Of a DNA stretch of 64,000 nt, positions 25,213-37,380 are shown in pieces. Position 1 is the first letter of the stretch; each line of letters opens with the position of its first letter. The translations under genes were made by a program, and so were the position numbers. Source of the stretch: Camelus dromedarius (Eukaryota); assembly GCF_036321535.1 (NCBI RefSeq), contig NC_087436.1, positions 59,522,001 through 59,586,000 of the forward strand, in the 5' to 3' direction. The notes under the pieces were generated by a model, which searched no databases, was not told the origin of the DNA, and saw only the letters and a program-made list of their open reading frames with translations.

Positions 25213-25250
25213 AGGGATTTAATGAAATACAAGGGATTTAATGAAATACA
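25213..25250. repeat. Perfect 19-bp tandem duplication
   Basis: agggatttaatgaaataca twice (25213-25231, 25232-25250). Confidence 0.95.
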
Positions 25251-26243
25251 AATACAAATAAAAACAAGATAAGGAGCTACACAAAGGTGGCACACACTTT
25301 TTTCTATTGCTAGACAATTGCTTTATAACACTGTTCCAAAGTATAATGTATAAATGTAGGACTATGAAGTCAGAACTGACTGAGGTGACAAAAGGACTTA
25401 ACAGCTGAAGTACTTATGGTTCAGAAATAATGTGTTACTTGGAATACAACATTTATCAAGATTAAATAACACTAGGAAAAAAAGATCTATGTGACACAAG
25501 GTTGAATTTGTGGTAACAAATTTTTACAGCATAGATTTGTATGTTTTAATGATTCATTTACCTGATACTATATATTACCAAAATGTATCTTTTTAAAATG
25601 TGATTATTTAAAAATAATGCTATAAACAATCTGTGGTATTTGAAAGCCTTACAGAATTCATGTAACTTCAAAGAAGAACTAATTCTCAGTAAACCAAGTA
25701 ATCTTAAAAAAAAAAAAAAAAAAAAGAGGGCTGAAATGATCCAAAACAGAGAAGTCAAAAAAAGACTGACAACTCTAGATTTTAAAATACCTCACAGAAA
25801 AATATAGTCAAACCAAACAACATGAAACTTAGGCATTTTTTATATAAGAGGTTTTCAATTTACTATGCATTACTCAAGCATTATTTCTAAATTCCAGGGA
25901 GCTCTTTCTGAATAAGCATTTGCAAATCTTTGTTATGAATCAATAACTAGAAGGAATAAACATCGTGAAAATAAAATCCATCTATTACCTAAATATTTGT
26001 CAAACTCATGTCTTCTGGTACTGCAGCAGATCCAGTACATAGACTACTGTTGAAGGATAAAGTGCTCTTCCATGTAGGACAAATAGTGTTCTGTGACACC
26101 GTATCAAAGGGAAAATTTATTCCAAGATAACCTAATATACTTGTACAGCTTAGGGTTGTAAACAGTTGTTTGAAAAATTAATTACATATTTTATGACAAA
26201 GTCAGCTCATCCAGGCAGTGTCATGTGTAATAGTCCAACTTAC

Positions 26244-26420
26244 TTTGTATAGTGTCTCTAAATGAAGATTACAATAATGAACCACAGTGAGAGAAATCTG
26301 CACCTTTACTCTTCTGAGCAGAAACACACTCCTTTTCCCCATAAGCAAAGACAAACATTTATGAGATGGCTGGCTAGTCAATAGTCTGCAACTGAACTTT
26401 CTGAGGACAGAAGGTGTGAC
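26244..26420 (-). other. Candidate 177-nt cassette exon (phase 0/0 open)
   Basis: ctaataactcccAG acceptor and AAA|GTAAGT donor; 59 open codons (VTPSVLRKF...LETLYK); protein not recognised. Confidence 0.25.
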
Positions 26421-26888
26421 CTGGGAGTTATTAGACAATTGTTATAAAAAACTGTGCTAGGCAGATAGAATAAAACCAGAAACATCTAACAGAATAATGA
26501 GTAGTCATAAAGTACACTTTCAGGATGAAATGATGTCTTTTCATCCAGCTTTTACATTTCACAGATGAAGAAAATATGCCTCGGAGAGGTTAATTAATTT
26601 GCGCCATATATTTCTTTTTTTTAAGAAGCTGAAAGTTGAGGTTTTTATGTAAATTTTAGAAACCTTTTTCTCATCCCCAGTATGGATCAAGGACTATTAG
26701 TTTGAGACTTCTGCAAACTCCTCCTACTTTGGTTTTCGTTTACCGCCCTGCTAACCCCTTTTCCTTCCTAGGCTCAGAAGATCACTTCCTTCCTACAGAA
26801 ATGAATGAGCAGGGACCCGCCTCATGAGTCCTGCCTCCACGGCTCTCTCAACCCACAAGCAGCATTGACTCTCTCTTGCGTTTGTCTA

Positions 26889-27076
26889 GAGCTGTGCTGT
26901 CCAACTGCCACAGGTAGTTATTTCAACTTAAGTTAAAATACAACCAGATACAAAATGCAGGCCCTCAGTTACAATATCCATGTTTCAGGCACTCAGGATC
27001 TGTATAGGGCTGGTGGCTCCTGTACTGGATGGAGTAGGTGCAGTGCATTTGCATTACTGCCAAATGTTCAATTAGA
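26889..27076. mobile_element. MER3-like hAT MITE
   Basis: 'gagctgtgctgtccaac...cctcagttacaatatccatgtttcaggcactcag...ggctggtggctcctgtactggatgg...atttgcattactgccaaatgttc'. Confidence 0.75.
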
Positions 27077-27499
27077 ATTGAGATTATTATTTGAAATTAT
27101 TTCTTTGGATTCTCTTCATATATCAATAGTGTAGCTTTCTGGCTTTTTAAAAATTCATAGACCTTAATTACCCACTTGTCATTTTCTGTGTGTTCTCCTG
27201 CATGATGCTTAGTACACTGACTAACATATTTAGCATTTAAAAAACCAGGCAGCAATATGATAATTAATATACAAGTTATGATTTGTGTATTTACTATTTT
27301 TCAATTGATGAAGTTAATAGCCAAGAAATATTAAGTGCAGGAATATAGTCAATCTTGAAGCAGGCAATGAATGCATCTATATAAAGCAATATTATCTCAG
27401 TGCTATAAATGTTTGCACATTGTTAGCCAAGTAAATTAAATGTCCAGTTTTCCTATGCTGCAGTGAAACAAACATGGAGCTAGAGACCTGCACACTTAA

Positions 27500-27840
27500 A
27501 TACAAATAGAGTTTAATATGTGCTACTACAGTTCTAAGTGCTTTATGTTTATTAATTGATTTACTTATTACAATAACCCATTGTACAGGTCATTATCTTT
27601 ATTTTATAGAATAGGAAACTGAGGCAAACAGATCAAGTATCTTACATAAGTTGTACAAATATTAAGTAGTAGGTTGGGAGGTTCTAAGCCTGCCTTTTAT
27701 CATGATAAGTTCTGCGACTTTGGACGAGTCATGTATTCTTTTTAAGGCTACACACCTGTTTCGAAAATGGGTGCAAAAACTCAGATGATTGCTACAAGGG
27801 TCTTAGAACATACAAGCACATGTTGTAAGTACTCAATAGA
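27500..27840. mobile_element. Two MIR fragments in opposite orientation, abutting at about 27690
   Basis: Reverse MIR 'ttttatagaataggaaactgaggcaaacag' followed by forward MIR 'tgcgactttggacgagtcatgtattc...aaaatggg...gtaagtactcaataga'. Confidence 0.6.
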
Positions 27841-29194
27841 GAGCCCTTTCCCCTTGTTTCTCAAAGTACCTAGGTAAATTATCTCTGTATCTAGTATTTA
27901 CTTACTTTAAAATAATGTTTATAAGTCTCTTGGAGAGCATTTTTGCCTCTGGTATATCATTTCCTTAACAAATATCTTCAGCACTTTCATATGTATTTAT
28001 GTAAAAAAACCTTTATAACATCTATTATACTAAAATTAGTGAGATAGATCAAAGAAAATTCTAAGCTAATAATTACTTCATGAGATCACCAATACGAATC
28101 CATTTAATGAAGAAATAGGAAAACTATGACTAGTGGAGTCATGGTCCTTTCGTTTGCTTTACCCTGTGAAGGGCATCACTCTGTATTCCTTTTCCTGATC
28201 TTGTTTTGAATGTATTTCTAGTGCATTTACATAGGATTTTATTCTAGTTCACATACTAAACTTAATTATGGGATTACCATATGACTATGACTGTCTTTAG
28301 TAGAGCTTCTAGTACTGAGTAACTTCATTCTTTTCCTGGATCTTTATTTTTTGTTTGCTGGAGCTTATAATTATCTTGAACATAGTATTAATATGTATTA
28401 AAGCTTCTAAATGATGTTTCTGCTCCATTGTGATGTGAATGCAAAAGCATTCCCTCTGGTTATAGATGCATCTGCCTCAAGCCAACAATGTAATTTTTTC
28501 ATATCCATGGGGAGCCATGCTTATTCTATTCACCAGGTTTAGGGCTTCAAGCATTAATTTTTTTTGGACACATGAATAATCAGGAAACTGTTAACAAGCA
28601 CCAAATAAACAAGTAGATTACTTTTGTTTATAAGTGGAGGATTATGTGACTCAGTAAGATTGTATTGCTAATATTCACGCTCCCTTTCGTTCCAACTGTT
28701 ATTTATTGACATGCTCAGTAAATATTATGTATCATTGTGTGCAGATAATAAATATACTCTATTTTTTGTTAGCAAATCATGCCTGGTATAGTGGTTTTAG
28801 GACATGTCCTCTGATTATTTTTGCACCAGTAATAAAGTGTACTGATCTCACAAATAGTTTCCTCCTTAAACTCAATTATTTCAAAGGCAACACTTGTGTG
28901 TACAACTTACAGTTCCATCTTATCAACTCCATACTGTAACCACCTTAAGGACTACTAAGTATAAAGCCAATATACTTTATTTCTGATTAATGGAGAAGAA
29001 AAGCACTCCATGCTGGTAAACAGCAAATAATTATTTAAACACAAAAACATAAGATCATTATTAAATTGTAGATATACAAACATCTAAGTCAAATGTCTTT
29101 GTTAGTTACTACAATTACAATTAAAGGGTTTCTTCTAATAAATCAATAGTGTCCTGCATCTCAATTGTTACATAAAATAGCTTCCTTTACTCAC

Positions 29195-29222
29195 CCTTCT
29201 TTTTTCCTTCTTCATATTCTAA
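29195..29222 (-). other. Candidate purine-rich microexon (24 or 28 nt, tandem acceptors)
   Basis: ttctAG ttAG|AATATGAAGAAGGAAAAAAGAAGG|GTGAGT; strong donor and GAAGAA enhancer-like content. Confidence 0.35.
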
Positions 29223-29498
29223 CTAGAATGAGTAGAATTTACAATATTAGGATATATTCAGCAGAATAATGTAAAAGATATTCAAGCAACACTGATGATA
29301 CCTTTGTTTCTGCTTTGCCACAATTTTGGTTTTTCCATAGTTTTGACATATATGTTAACCACTCCTGCCAGGGCTTAATCTCAGCTTTGCTCCCCACAGA
29401 AAATTTTCTCCTACTCACATGCTATTAACATTACTAAATAAGTTTATTCCACCTTCAAGGTAAAGAAGGGGGCTGTGAGCAGGAAAGGGACCTCAAAC

Positions 29499-29548
29499 TA
29501 TATATATATGTATGTATGTGTGTATATATGTATGTGTGTATATATGTA
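29499..29548. repeat. (TA)n/(TATGTG)n microsatellite
   Basis: Seen directly. Confidence 0.9.
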
Positions 29549-29821
29549 TGTGTATATATATATATATAAAACCCCCAGAAAAGCCATTTTACTTTCATCA
29601 GTTAGCTTCAAAGGAGTCTTTTGTATGCTGTCTTTACTGATCCACTGATAATTAGAATAAAAAATAATTCAATATGCATGTTTTCTGCATATGCATGACC
29701 TATTATGGTATTTTGGAGATAACTTTCTTTATTAAGAAAACAGGAATTAAGAATTAACTAAGCTATGTAACTGGATCCATTAGTCATCACTTTTGTGATT
29801 GTCTACCTTGGTTCCTAGGTC

Positions 29822-30006
29822 AAGGTTATGGGTCTAGCAAGTAGAAATAGAGGATATCCAGTTAAGTTTGAATTCCAGGTAAGTAATACATTTTTTTTAG
29901 AATAAATGTCTCATTCACATTGGGGACACACTCTAAAAAGTTATCTACTGTTTATCTGAAATTCAAATTTACTGTAGGCATTCTCTGTTTCATCTGGCAG
30001 TCCCCT
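29822..30006. mobile_element. MER53-like palindromic hAT MITE
   Basis: Arms 'ggatatccagttaagtttgaattccaggtaag' and 'gtttatctgaaattcaaatttactgtaggcattc...atctggcagtccc' around the centre 'atgtctcattcacattggggacac'. Confidence 0.8.
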
Positions 30007-30943
30007 CTAATCTTAGCATAGCTTTGCATGGGTGATTACTACTATCAGTTGTTTAAATACTTCTGTAGATAACACTAAGAGAAAATCATCTTTCAATAAT
30101 AATTTTGCTTTAAAAACTGACAGTATTACAAAATTTTAAATTTAATTCAAAATGATAATTTGCTCAGTGGCTTCAAGCCAACCTTGGACACTCCTGGCAA
30201 AGTGAATGCCTCCCGTTTTCATTCTTATTGCCTAAGCCATACCTTTTATTAACACCTTTCAGCTAATGGGGTGCAAAAACATGGTTTCTTCCTTTAAACA
30301 ATAGTGTTTAAATCTGCTTAATAGCTCTTTAAAAACTTTACACTGAGCTATTAACGCAGAAAATACTTCCAGAATAAGGACTAAAACAGTACATAGTGAT
30401 GCTTAATTGAAGAATAATCAAATTGGTTAAACCTACTATTGCGTGCACGTAAAACCAAAGATTTCATTTTTTTTAATCAGAAAGGGAAAAAAAATGCTCT
30501 CATGGATTTGGAAACGTCATGATTTAAAGTGTTTCTAATCACATATTTCAAAGTGAATTTAGGGCAATAATGAACCTCAGACCATGAACATTATCAGGAC
30601 AGCAAGAAAATCGCTTCATGAAATGTTGAAAATTCACTGACACTTAGAAAATAGTAAAGATAATTTCAAAAAGTGACTTAAAATATGATTTTCAATTTCA
30701 GCTCCTTTTTTAATTCATTGAGGCCAAATACTTCAGCTTAGTTTACCATTCTTCAGTAAGAAGAAATCATTGTAGGACACCTGAACAATGGACATGTGCA
30801 ACAGAAAGAAAATGACGGGGAAGTAGAAAAAAAGAACAATGGCAAAACGTATGACGACCTATAACCTTAGATGTATGCATCGCAAGTTTAAGGTTTGTGC
30901 ACACCCCGTTTAGCAAACAATGCTCTAAGAAATGCTTACTTAC

Positions 30944-31035
30944 ACAACATATTCTGCCCAATCTTTGAACAATCTAAGATGCAGACTGTGTCCAGGGCCA
31001 ATTTACATGAGGGTAACAAGCAGACCACTGAAAGT
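30944..31035 (-). other. Candidate alternative first exon ending ATG TTG T (ATG at 30950-30948)
   Basis: gggcagaatATGTTGT|GTAAGTAAGC with tandem GT donors at 30943 and 30939; A at -3 of the ATG; 5' end inferred from the TTTAAA position. Confidence 0.4.
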
Positions 31036-31039
31036 CAAA

Positions 31040-31600
31040 GCAGAAGCTTGGCACATTTAAATTGCACTCCACCCCACCCCCGCAAAGAAATCTGTCCTGT
31101 TTGTTACACTGATTGTTTGTATCTCTTCCCTTAGTCGTATCCTCAGTAAGCCTACACGGTGTTCCTAGAAAGCCAACAGCTGTGAATTAAAAATAAGCAG
31201 GCAAAAAATCAAAATCAAACACACTCACACCCACGCATGCGCAGTTAAATTAAAAAGGGAAGGAACTGATTTAATACAAACAATGAGTTGCCAGGGGTAA
31301 AGTATAGTTTAGGGTCTATTGCAGCAACAGTATGCCAGAAAGTTCAGAGAAAACAATGTTCTTTTTTAGTTCAGAGTACTGTTTCTGCTGTAATAATCAT
31401 GTTTGCAGAACACCCTGCTGTCCTTCACACAGCTGTGCTAGTTCTCGCAAAGGAGAGAAGTTTCAGAGAGGCTCAGCTTTGCCACAGAATAGCTTCAGCC
31501 AGTACTGACAGGACATCCTACTGGCACCAGTCACAGTGGCAGCAAAAATAATGGCAGCAACCAGAGTGAAACAGATGTGCACCTTAACAAGAATTCCTGA
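31040..31600 (-). promoter_or_regulatory. Candidate non-CpG-island promoter or enhancer
   Basis: TTTAAA 31056-31061; CACCC boxes 31069-31080; E-boxes CAGCTG 31177-31182 and 31430-31435, CAGATG 31572-31577; MEF2-type TTAAAAATAA 31187-31196; NRF1-like CGCATGCGCA 31234-31243; no repeat recognised, locally higher GC. Confidence 0.5.
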
Positions 31601-32478
31601 TTTTTCAGGGTTTCTGAAGCCTCAGCACCTAACATTATCTCAAAACGCCAGAGAAGAAACGGAGCATGAATGAAAGAAAGAAAAATGAAAAATGCTACAT
31701 GTATTTCTAAGCATAGATGAGATTTTCCCAGAAGACTCTCAGAAATAAGAAGATGACTTTAAAGAGCTGTAAGTTCCCTAAGAGTAGTTAAGGGACAGCT
31801 AGAGGAATACTGTTTCTTAAACTATTATTCTTTCTATTTTTTTAATTCCCAGGCTGAACACCATATAAAATACAAATATGTAAGATAAACATGTTCTGAA
31901 AAATATGTCTATTTGATCAAGGCTATAAGATCTTTAGAATGCACATGTTTCTGCAAAGGCATTTTTATAAAGCTCTAACAACTAGATGGTATCATTTCAT
32001 CTTAATTTTTGATCACTTTTAAACATATGTTAAACATGACAGATTTCTTTGTAAAATGTTGCACTGAAAAATAAAAATACAATGTGCTCTTTTAACATGA
32101 GCTTTCTTACATGACTGTGTAGTAATTTAGATAAAAGAATTACTAACCAATACTATTTTTAAGTGTCTACAGGTTTGCATTATGTTCTAAACAGAAATAG
32201 AAATAGAAGGCACAATTCACATAATTTGGATATATTAGCCTTATTTGGGGTAACAGAATTGAAATCAGTCTAGTATCTCATTTATTTTCTTTCTAGGAGT
32301 GATTAAGGTTGATTATCTCATCCCACCGAACAATATAATATTTAAGAGTTAAAAAAAAACCCTTTGTGCAAATTTTGACAAGGGTTATCAAACAAAAGAT
32401 TATGGTGTTCATAGAGTTTATAAGCCAGAGACAAATATTTGTTTCTCATTAGAGTCTTTATTTACAACTTAAATAAAT

Positions 32479-32770
32479 CAGAGCTTCTTAGATCATCTAT
32501 GGTAAAGAATAATTTTTTTCCCCTTTCAGTCTGTCACAGACCAATGTTTAGGAAAACACAATACAAATCAAATATAGAAATACAATAACTATATATATAA
32601 TGGAAGCCTTTCCTTTTTTTCTGTAAGTTTCAACAGATGTAACTTACTATAGAAGTTTGTAAACACTTAGTTATAAATTTATTATAAATTTTAAACACTT
32701 TGTTATAAATTTCTGCACTTATTTTGTATCAGCAATAATCTTTTTGCGGATCACTCCTCAAGAAGCACTG
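32479..32770. mobile_element. hAT-Charlie element (MER119-like)
   Basis: Terminal inverted repeats cagagcttct and agaagcactg (1 mismatch); internal 'atcatctatggtaaagaat...gtcacagaccaat'. Confidence 0.6.
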
Positions 32771-35404
32771 GTTTAAATGACTGAATATATTGATTTGAGA
32801 GTACTCACGATTACAAGATACTATAGAAAAATATAACCATTTGAAATATGCCTTACCTCTACATGTTGTATTTCTGTCTGTATTTGTGTGTGCTCACACA
32901 TATTAACTGAAACCAAATGGATCACTCACATCAGTTCTTTAAAAGCCAGTCAACTTTGAAGTTCTCCTTATAGAATATTGTCACTCCTCCCACAACTCTG
33001 GATGACTCATAATGTTGAATTTGTGGGTTCTGGTTCAGAAGAGACCTACTACACATTGATCATCTGTTCCTGTGTCTTTTACAGGGTCTGGGACATAGTA
33101 GATGGTCAATACATGAGCATTGAGTACCTGAAGTATTCAGCCTAAGCTTCATTAAGCTAAAAGTAAATGAGAAAATGTTTCTAGTGCAAAAGTAGCTGCA
33201 AAAAAAGACACAAAAATGTATGTATGAATAAAAAGAGTAATAATGCTTTGACTCATCTTGCTTTTCACAAAAGTATGTGCACTGAAGAGTTAGACTGCAA
33301 ATGTACATTGTCATTGTAAATTAGTAAATTATTTTTATTAGATTTATTGCCTAAAAATCAGTTTGAAATGTTTGATTTACATAATTACCTTAAGAGTTTA
33401 CTCAAAGTCTGTCATTTCTAATAGCATCTATATAAAAAATAATCTGTGGAAATAGTACATGTGATAAAAAGCTGAAAGTATCTCATGGAAAGTAGCTTTC
33501 AGGTTATTGGCACAGTGTATGCTGTAATTTCTCTTCTAACAGTGACCTAAGAGTCATTGAGGAAGAATGGTAGGAAAAGAGAGAAAAAGACAGAGCTAGA
33601 GATTTGTGTAAAAACAACTGGGGAGAACTTTTAAAATTGCCTTATAAATTCAAAAGCCAGTCTTGCCAATTTTTCCACTTATTCATATAAGGATTTAATT
33701 TCAACAGTTAGTTGTTTCTTATTCTTATTGGCATAATCTGTTAATGGAAAGATGTTTCCTGTGAGAACATTTCCTTAAGACATTAACTTCAAAGTATCCC
33801 ATTTTTTAAAGATGTAAAGGAACGCAACAAGTAGTTCAAGTTAGTGATAATCACAAGTGATTAAAGCTTTCCATACGATACTGTATATAATAGATCACAT
33901 TTATATCAGGCTCAATGTCCTTGAGTCTTAGCTTCCAAGTAGGGAAAAAAAGACAAAACAGAAACAAAGAAAATCTAAGTAACTACCGTACTTCTTTATA
34001 ATGACAAACTGTAAGATAGACATGATTTAAAACCAAACATATTTGGTTATATGTACAAACTCCAGAGTTCCTTGTGTTTTCTTGGTCTTATAAAGTGTTG
34101 TTAATGTTTTAAGGAGTCATAAAATGTTTATTAAAGTTACTTATTGATAATTAGAGAATAGTTATCAAAGGGCTACATATCATTCAAGAAATAAGTACAG
34201 ACAACTTGCGAATCTATAACAACATTCACGATATCAAGTAGTTATATTACTTCTCATTTTATATACAAATTTAAATTTGAACTCCAAATAAGACAATGTC
34301 TTAAGAATTTATTTTCAAAGCAAATCTTGCTGATAAGTTTTAATCCTGACTTTCTTATTCCTTTTTTTTCCCAAAGAGATTATGGGTACCTTATATTTTT
34401 CACTCTTAATGGTAGTTCTGATAAATTTTACTTCAATTAAAATTGGTGGCAATTTCTATTTTTGAAAGCTATCATGAGTTTGAAATTATATATATTTCTT
34501 TCTTCTTTGAAGGCTCTTAGGTGAATATACCACATTTGTTCACAGTTACCCATAATTAGAGAGGAAGCTTAAAGAAATAGCCACATGTGATGACAAAGAT
34601 TTACTTATTTACTTACAGGCAAAACCATCACGCTGTCTAAAGCTAGTCTGGCATGTACTGTGCTCTAAGGATCTCATTTTTCAATGACTCCTGTGGCATT
34701 TCAGGGGGAATTTTCATGTAATTTACTTCTAAAATCCATGTAATTTGCCTCTTCTGAGTGAATTACATAATATTATTATTCATCATTATTAATTGCCCTC
34801 TCTGTTGGTAGGCAACAGATGCAAATGTGCTTATGATAAAAAAGAAACTCTAGGTGTGCATAAGATTAAACATGACTGGAGGCACAGGTTTGCCTTATTT
34901 GTTCTTTAAATCATCATCTGGACATTCAAAAACCAGCGCAAAGCTGATAATATTGCCTTTCTATGCTCTTGATTATTAATCAAATTTTGCAGTCACTAAG
35001 GCAATCTCTAATGAGGAATTCTCTTATAAAGCAAGCTGAAATCGTTTGTGTTTTAGACTCAATAAAGCATCACTATGCCTTTTGTAATGGAAAACTAAAT
35101 AGTTAACAAAATAAATCCTGAATAGTTTTACATAAAACCTGTAAATACTAAGTTTGAAGTTTGGAAGTAGCCAATGTGGAGCATTCTGAATGAGAAACTC
35201 AGCCCAAAATAGATATTTTATAAATCAATTTACATATAAATATATTTATAGAGGCATAAGCAAAGAACTTGCCCCCCAAAAATGGGAATAAATGTTGAAA
35301 AGTATTTAAAAATAGCGCATTGAGAGATAAACTGAAATTCTGAATAGTAAAAATAAAAATATCCATGATCATATCATATTTGAACTCACAGCATTCTAGT
35401 AACA

Positions 35405-36390
35405 TTAATAATCATTTATTGAGAGGCTGTGTCAGACATTACACTATCTGATGAAGATGAAGGAGGTAAACTTGATCTGTGCTCTCACACAGAGGAGAGT
35501 AGGAGGGGAAAGTCAATTAAATGTCAAATGAAAGTCATTATCACAAGAATACAGGTGAGCATAAATACAGGGGAAGTGTGGGATGCTGTAAGAACAGGAA
35601 GTGGGGAATCTAACAGTGTTTCAGAAATCAAGGAGATCTCTTGAAGGAAGTAATGTTTAAATTTACAACTGTAGGGTAAGTATCGGTCCAGGCAAAGATA
35701 GGGCTTAGGGAGGTAATGTACCAGGCAGAAGAGAGGGCAGCATAAGAAAAGGCTCAGACATTTGAGACACTGTACTGAACTTTAAAAAAAGAAAAAGAAA
35801 AAAATCAGTAGAGAAAGAGTTTAGCATACTCTAGAAGTACGACAAAAAAATGAAGCAAAAGAGGTGGGCAGATGCCAGGTCATGGAGGGCTTGATAAGCA
35901 TGTTAAGGAGATTCTTATTTATCCTAAGGGTAATGGAAAGTCATTAAAGATTTTAACTAGGGAATAATCCCACAAAATTTATGTTTTAGTAAGACGACTT
36001 CAACTGAAGATGCTGGAGAATGGCATTGAGATTGAAGATATAGTGATAACTTAGGAGGCCAGTGGTGCGCAAGTGAGAGAAGACGATGAGCTGAATATTG
36101 GAGATAAATTCAACAGGATTTGATAACTGATTTGCAGCAGAGAATGAAGAAGTGGGATGAACAATGGCTTTCTGGCTTGACTGGTACAATTTATTTAAAA
36201 AGGAAATACTAGTGAAGGTATAGTTTTGTTTTGGGAAATCTGAGTATAGTTTAAGATATGCTAAGCACTGAGAAAAGGAAGCTGAAGCGCATGACAGAGG
36301 GCTGATGTGAGGAAACAGATGAAAGAATTGTGAGAAATATTAATGTGTAACTAAAACTATGGTTTAAATGAGTGTGCCCAAGGAAAAACA
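35405..36390 (-). mobile_element. L2 fragment
   Basis: 'atcatttattgagaggctgtgtcagacatt...gagggcttgataagcatgttaaggagattcttatttatcctaagggtaatggaaagtcattaaagattttaa' is classic reverse L2 text. Confidence 0.8.
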
Positions 36391-36649
36391 CAATTATTTG
36401 ATGGCTCTATATGTTTTATGTACTGAGGCTTTTCTAAATGAAACTAGTTATTTCATCCTCTTCCCATCCAAATTGAGAACCAAATCACTGTAACAATGGT
36501 TCTTTAAAATGTTTCAATGAAGTATTATCAAATTCCTAAATTCTTAGTGACCTAGAATTTTAAGAAACCATAGAACAGAACTTCTTCATGGCTACATAAA
36601 TAGACCTATGATCAGACTGTATGTATTTTTTTAAATTGATGCTTTGAGG

Positions 36650-37050
36650 TGGTTTTTTCTATTGAAGTATAGTCAGTTTACAACGAACGCTGTGTTAATT
36701 TCTGGTGTACAGCATAGTGATTCAGTTATACATATATATTCCTTTTAATACTCTTCTGCATTATAAGCTATTATGATATTGAATATAGTTCCCTGTGCTA
36801 TACAGTAAGACTTTGTTATTTATCTATTTTATATATTTCTATGTCTGTGAGTCTATTTCTGTTTTGTAAATAAGCTCATTTGTGTCTTTTTTTCAGATTC
36901 CACCTGTAAGTAATATCATATGGTATCTTACTTTCTCTTTCTGGCTTACCCACTTAGTATGGTAATCTCTAGGTCCATCCATGTTGCTGCAAATGAAATT
37001 ATTTTATTCTCTTTTGTGGCTGAGTACTATTCCATTGTATATTTATACAA
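36650..37050 (-). mobile_element. Cetartiodactyl L1 3' end with an internal deletion
   Basis: 'attgaagtatagtcagtttacaa...ttgaatatagttccctgtgctatacagt...tctctaggtccatccatgttgctgcaaatg'. Confidence 0.9.
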
Positions 37051-37380
37051 CAGAATATATATAGTTTTAAATATAGAAGTAAAGTTACTAAGCTGAGGCT
37101 GGCCTTAGGACACAGCAAATGTCAGATTTCACAACATGGGGCAGATTTCACTTGGATAAATCCCTGTTTGGTGAAGTTTTGTTGACACTTTCAGAATGTA
37201 CATCACTGACTTTCCTGAGCCTCCCTTATTTAGAATTTTTTCCTCTTTTCATACAACTTAGAAATAAGAAACATCATGTAGCTCTGTAGGTTAGGCAATC
37301 TGAACTCTGTAACTCTGCCATGTTCACATAGCAGGGGAAGATACTCTTCCTGCTTAAATTCAATCTACAATTAAAAGCAA

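Noticed and set aside
8969..29222. Stitching microexons into a protein (EYEEGKKK-GYVLSARF or EYEEGKKK-VKTLHSGDVE) to name the host gene
   Set aside because: The phases are compatible, but I do not recognise these peptides from any known protein; no gene symbol assigned.
34611..34695. Minus-strand GTAAGT donor with a cacAG acceptor
   Set aside because: Weak pyrimidine tract and all frames closed; indistinguishable from background.
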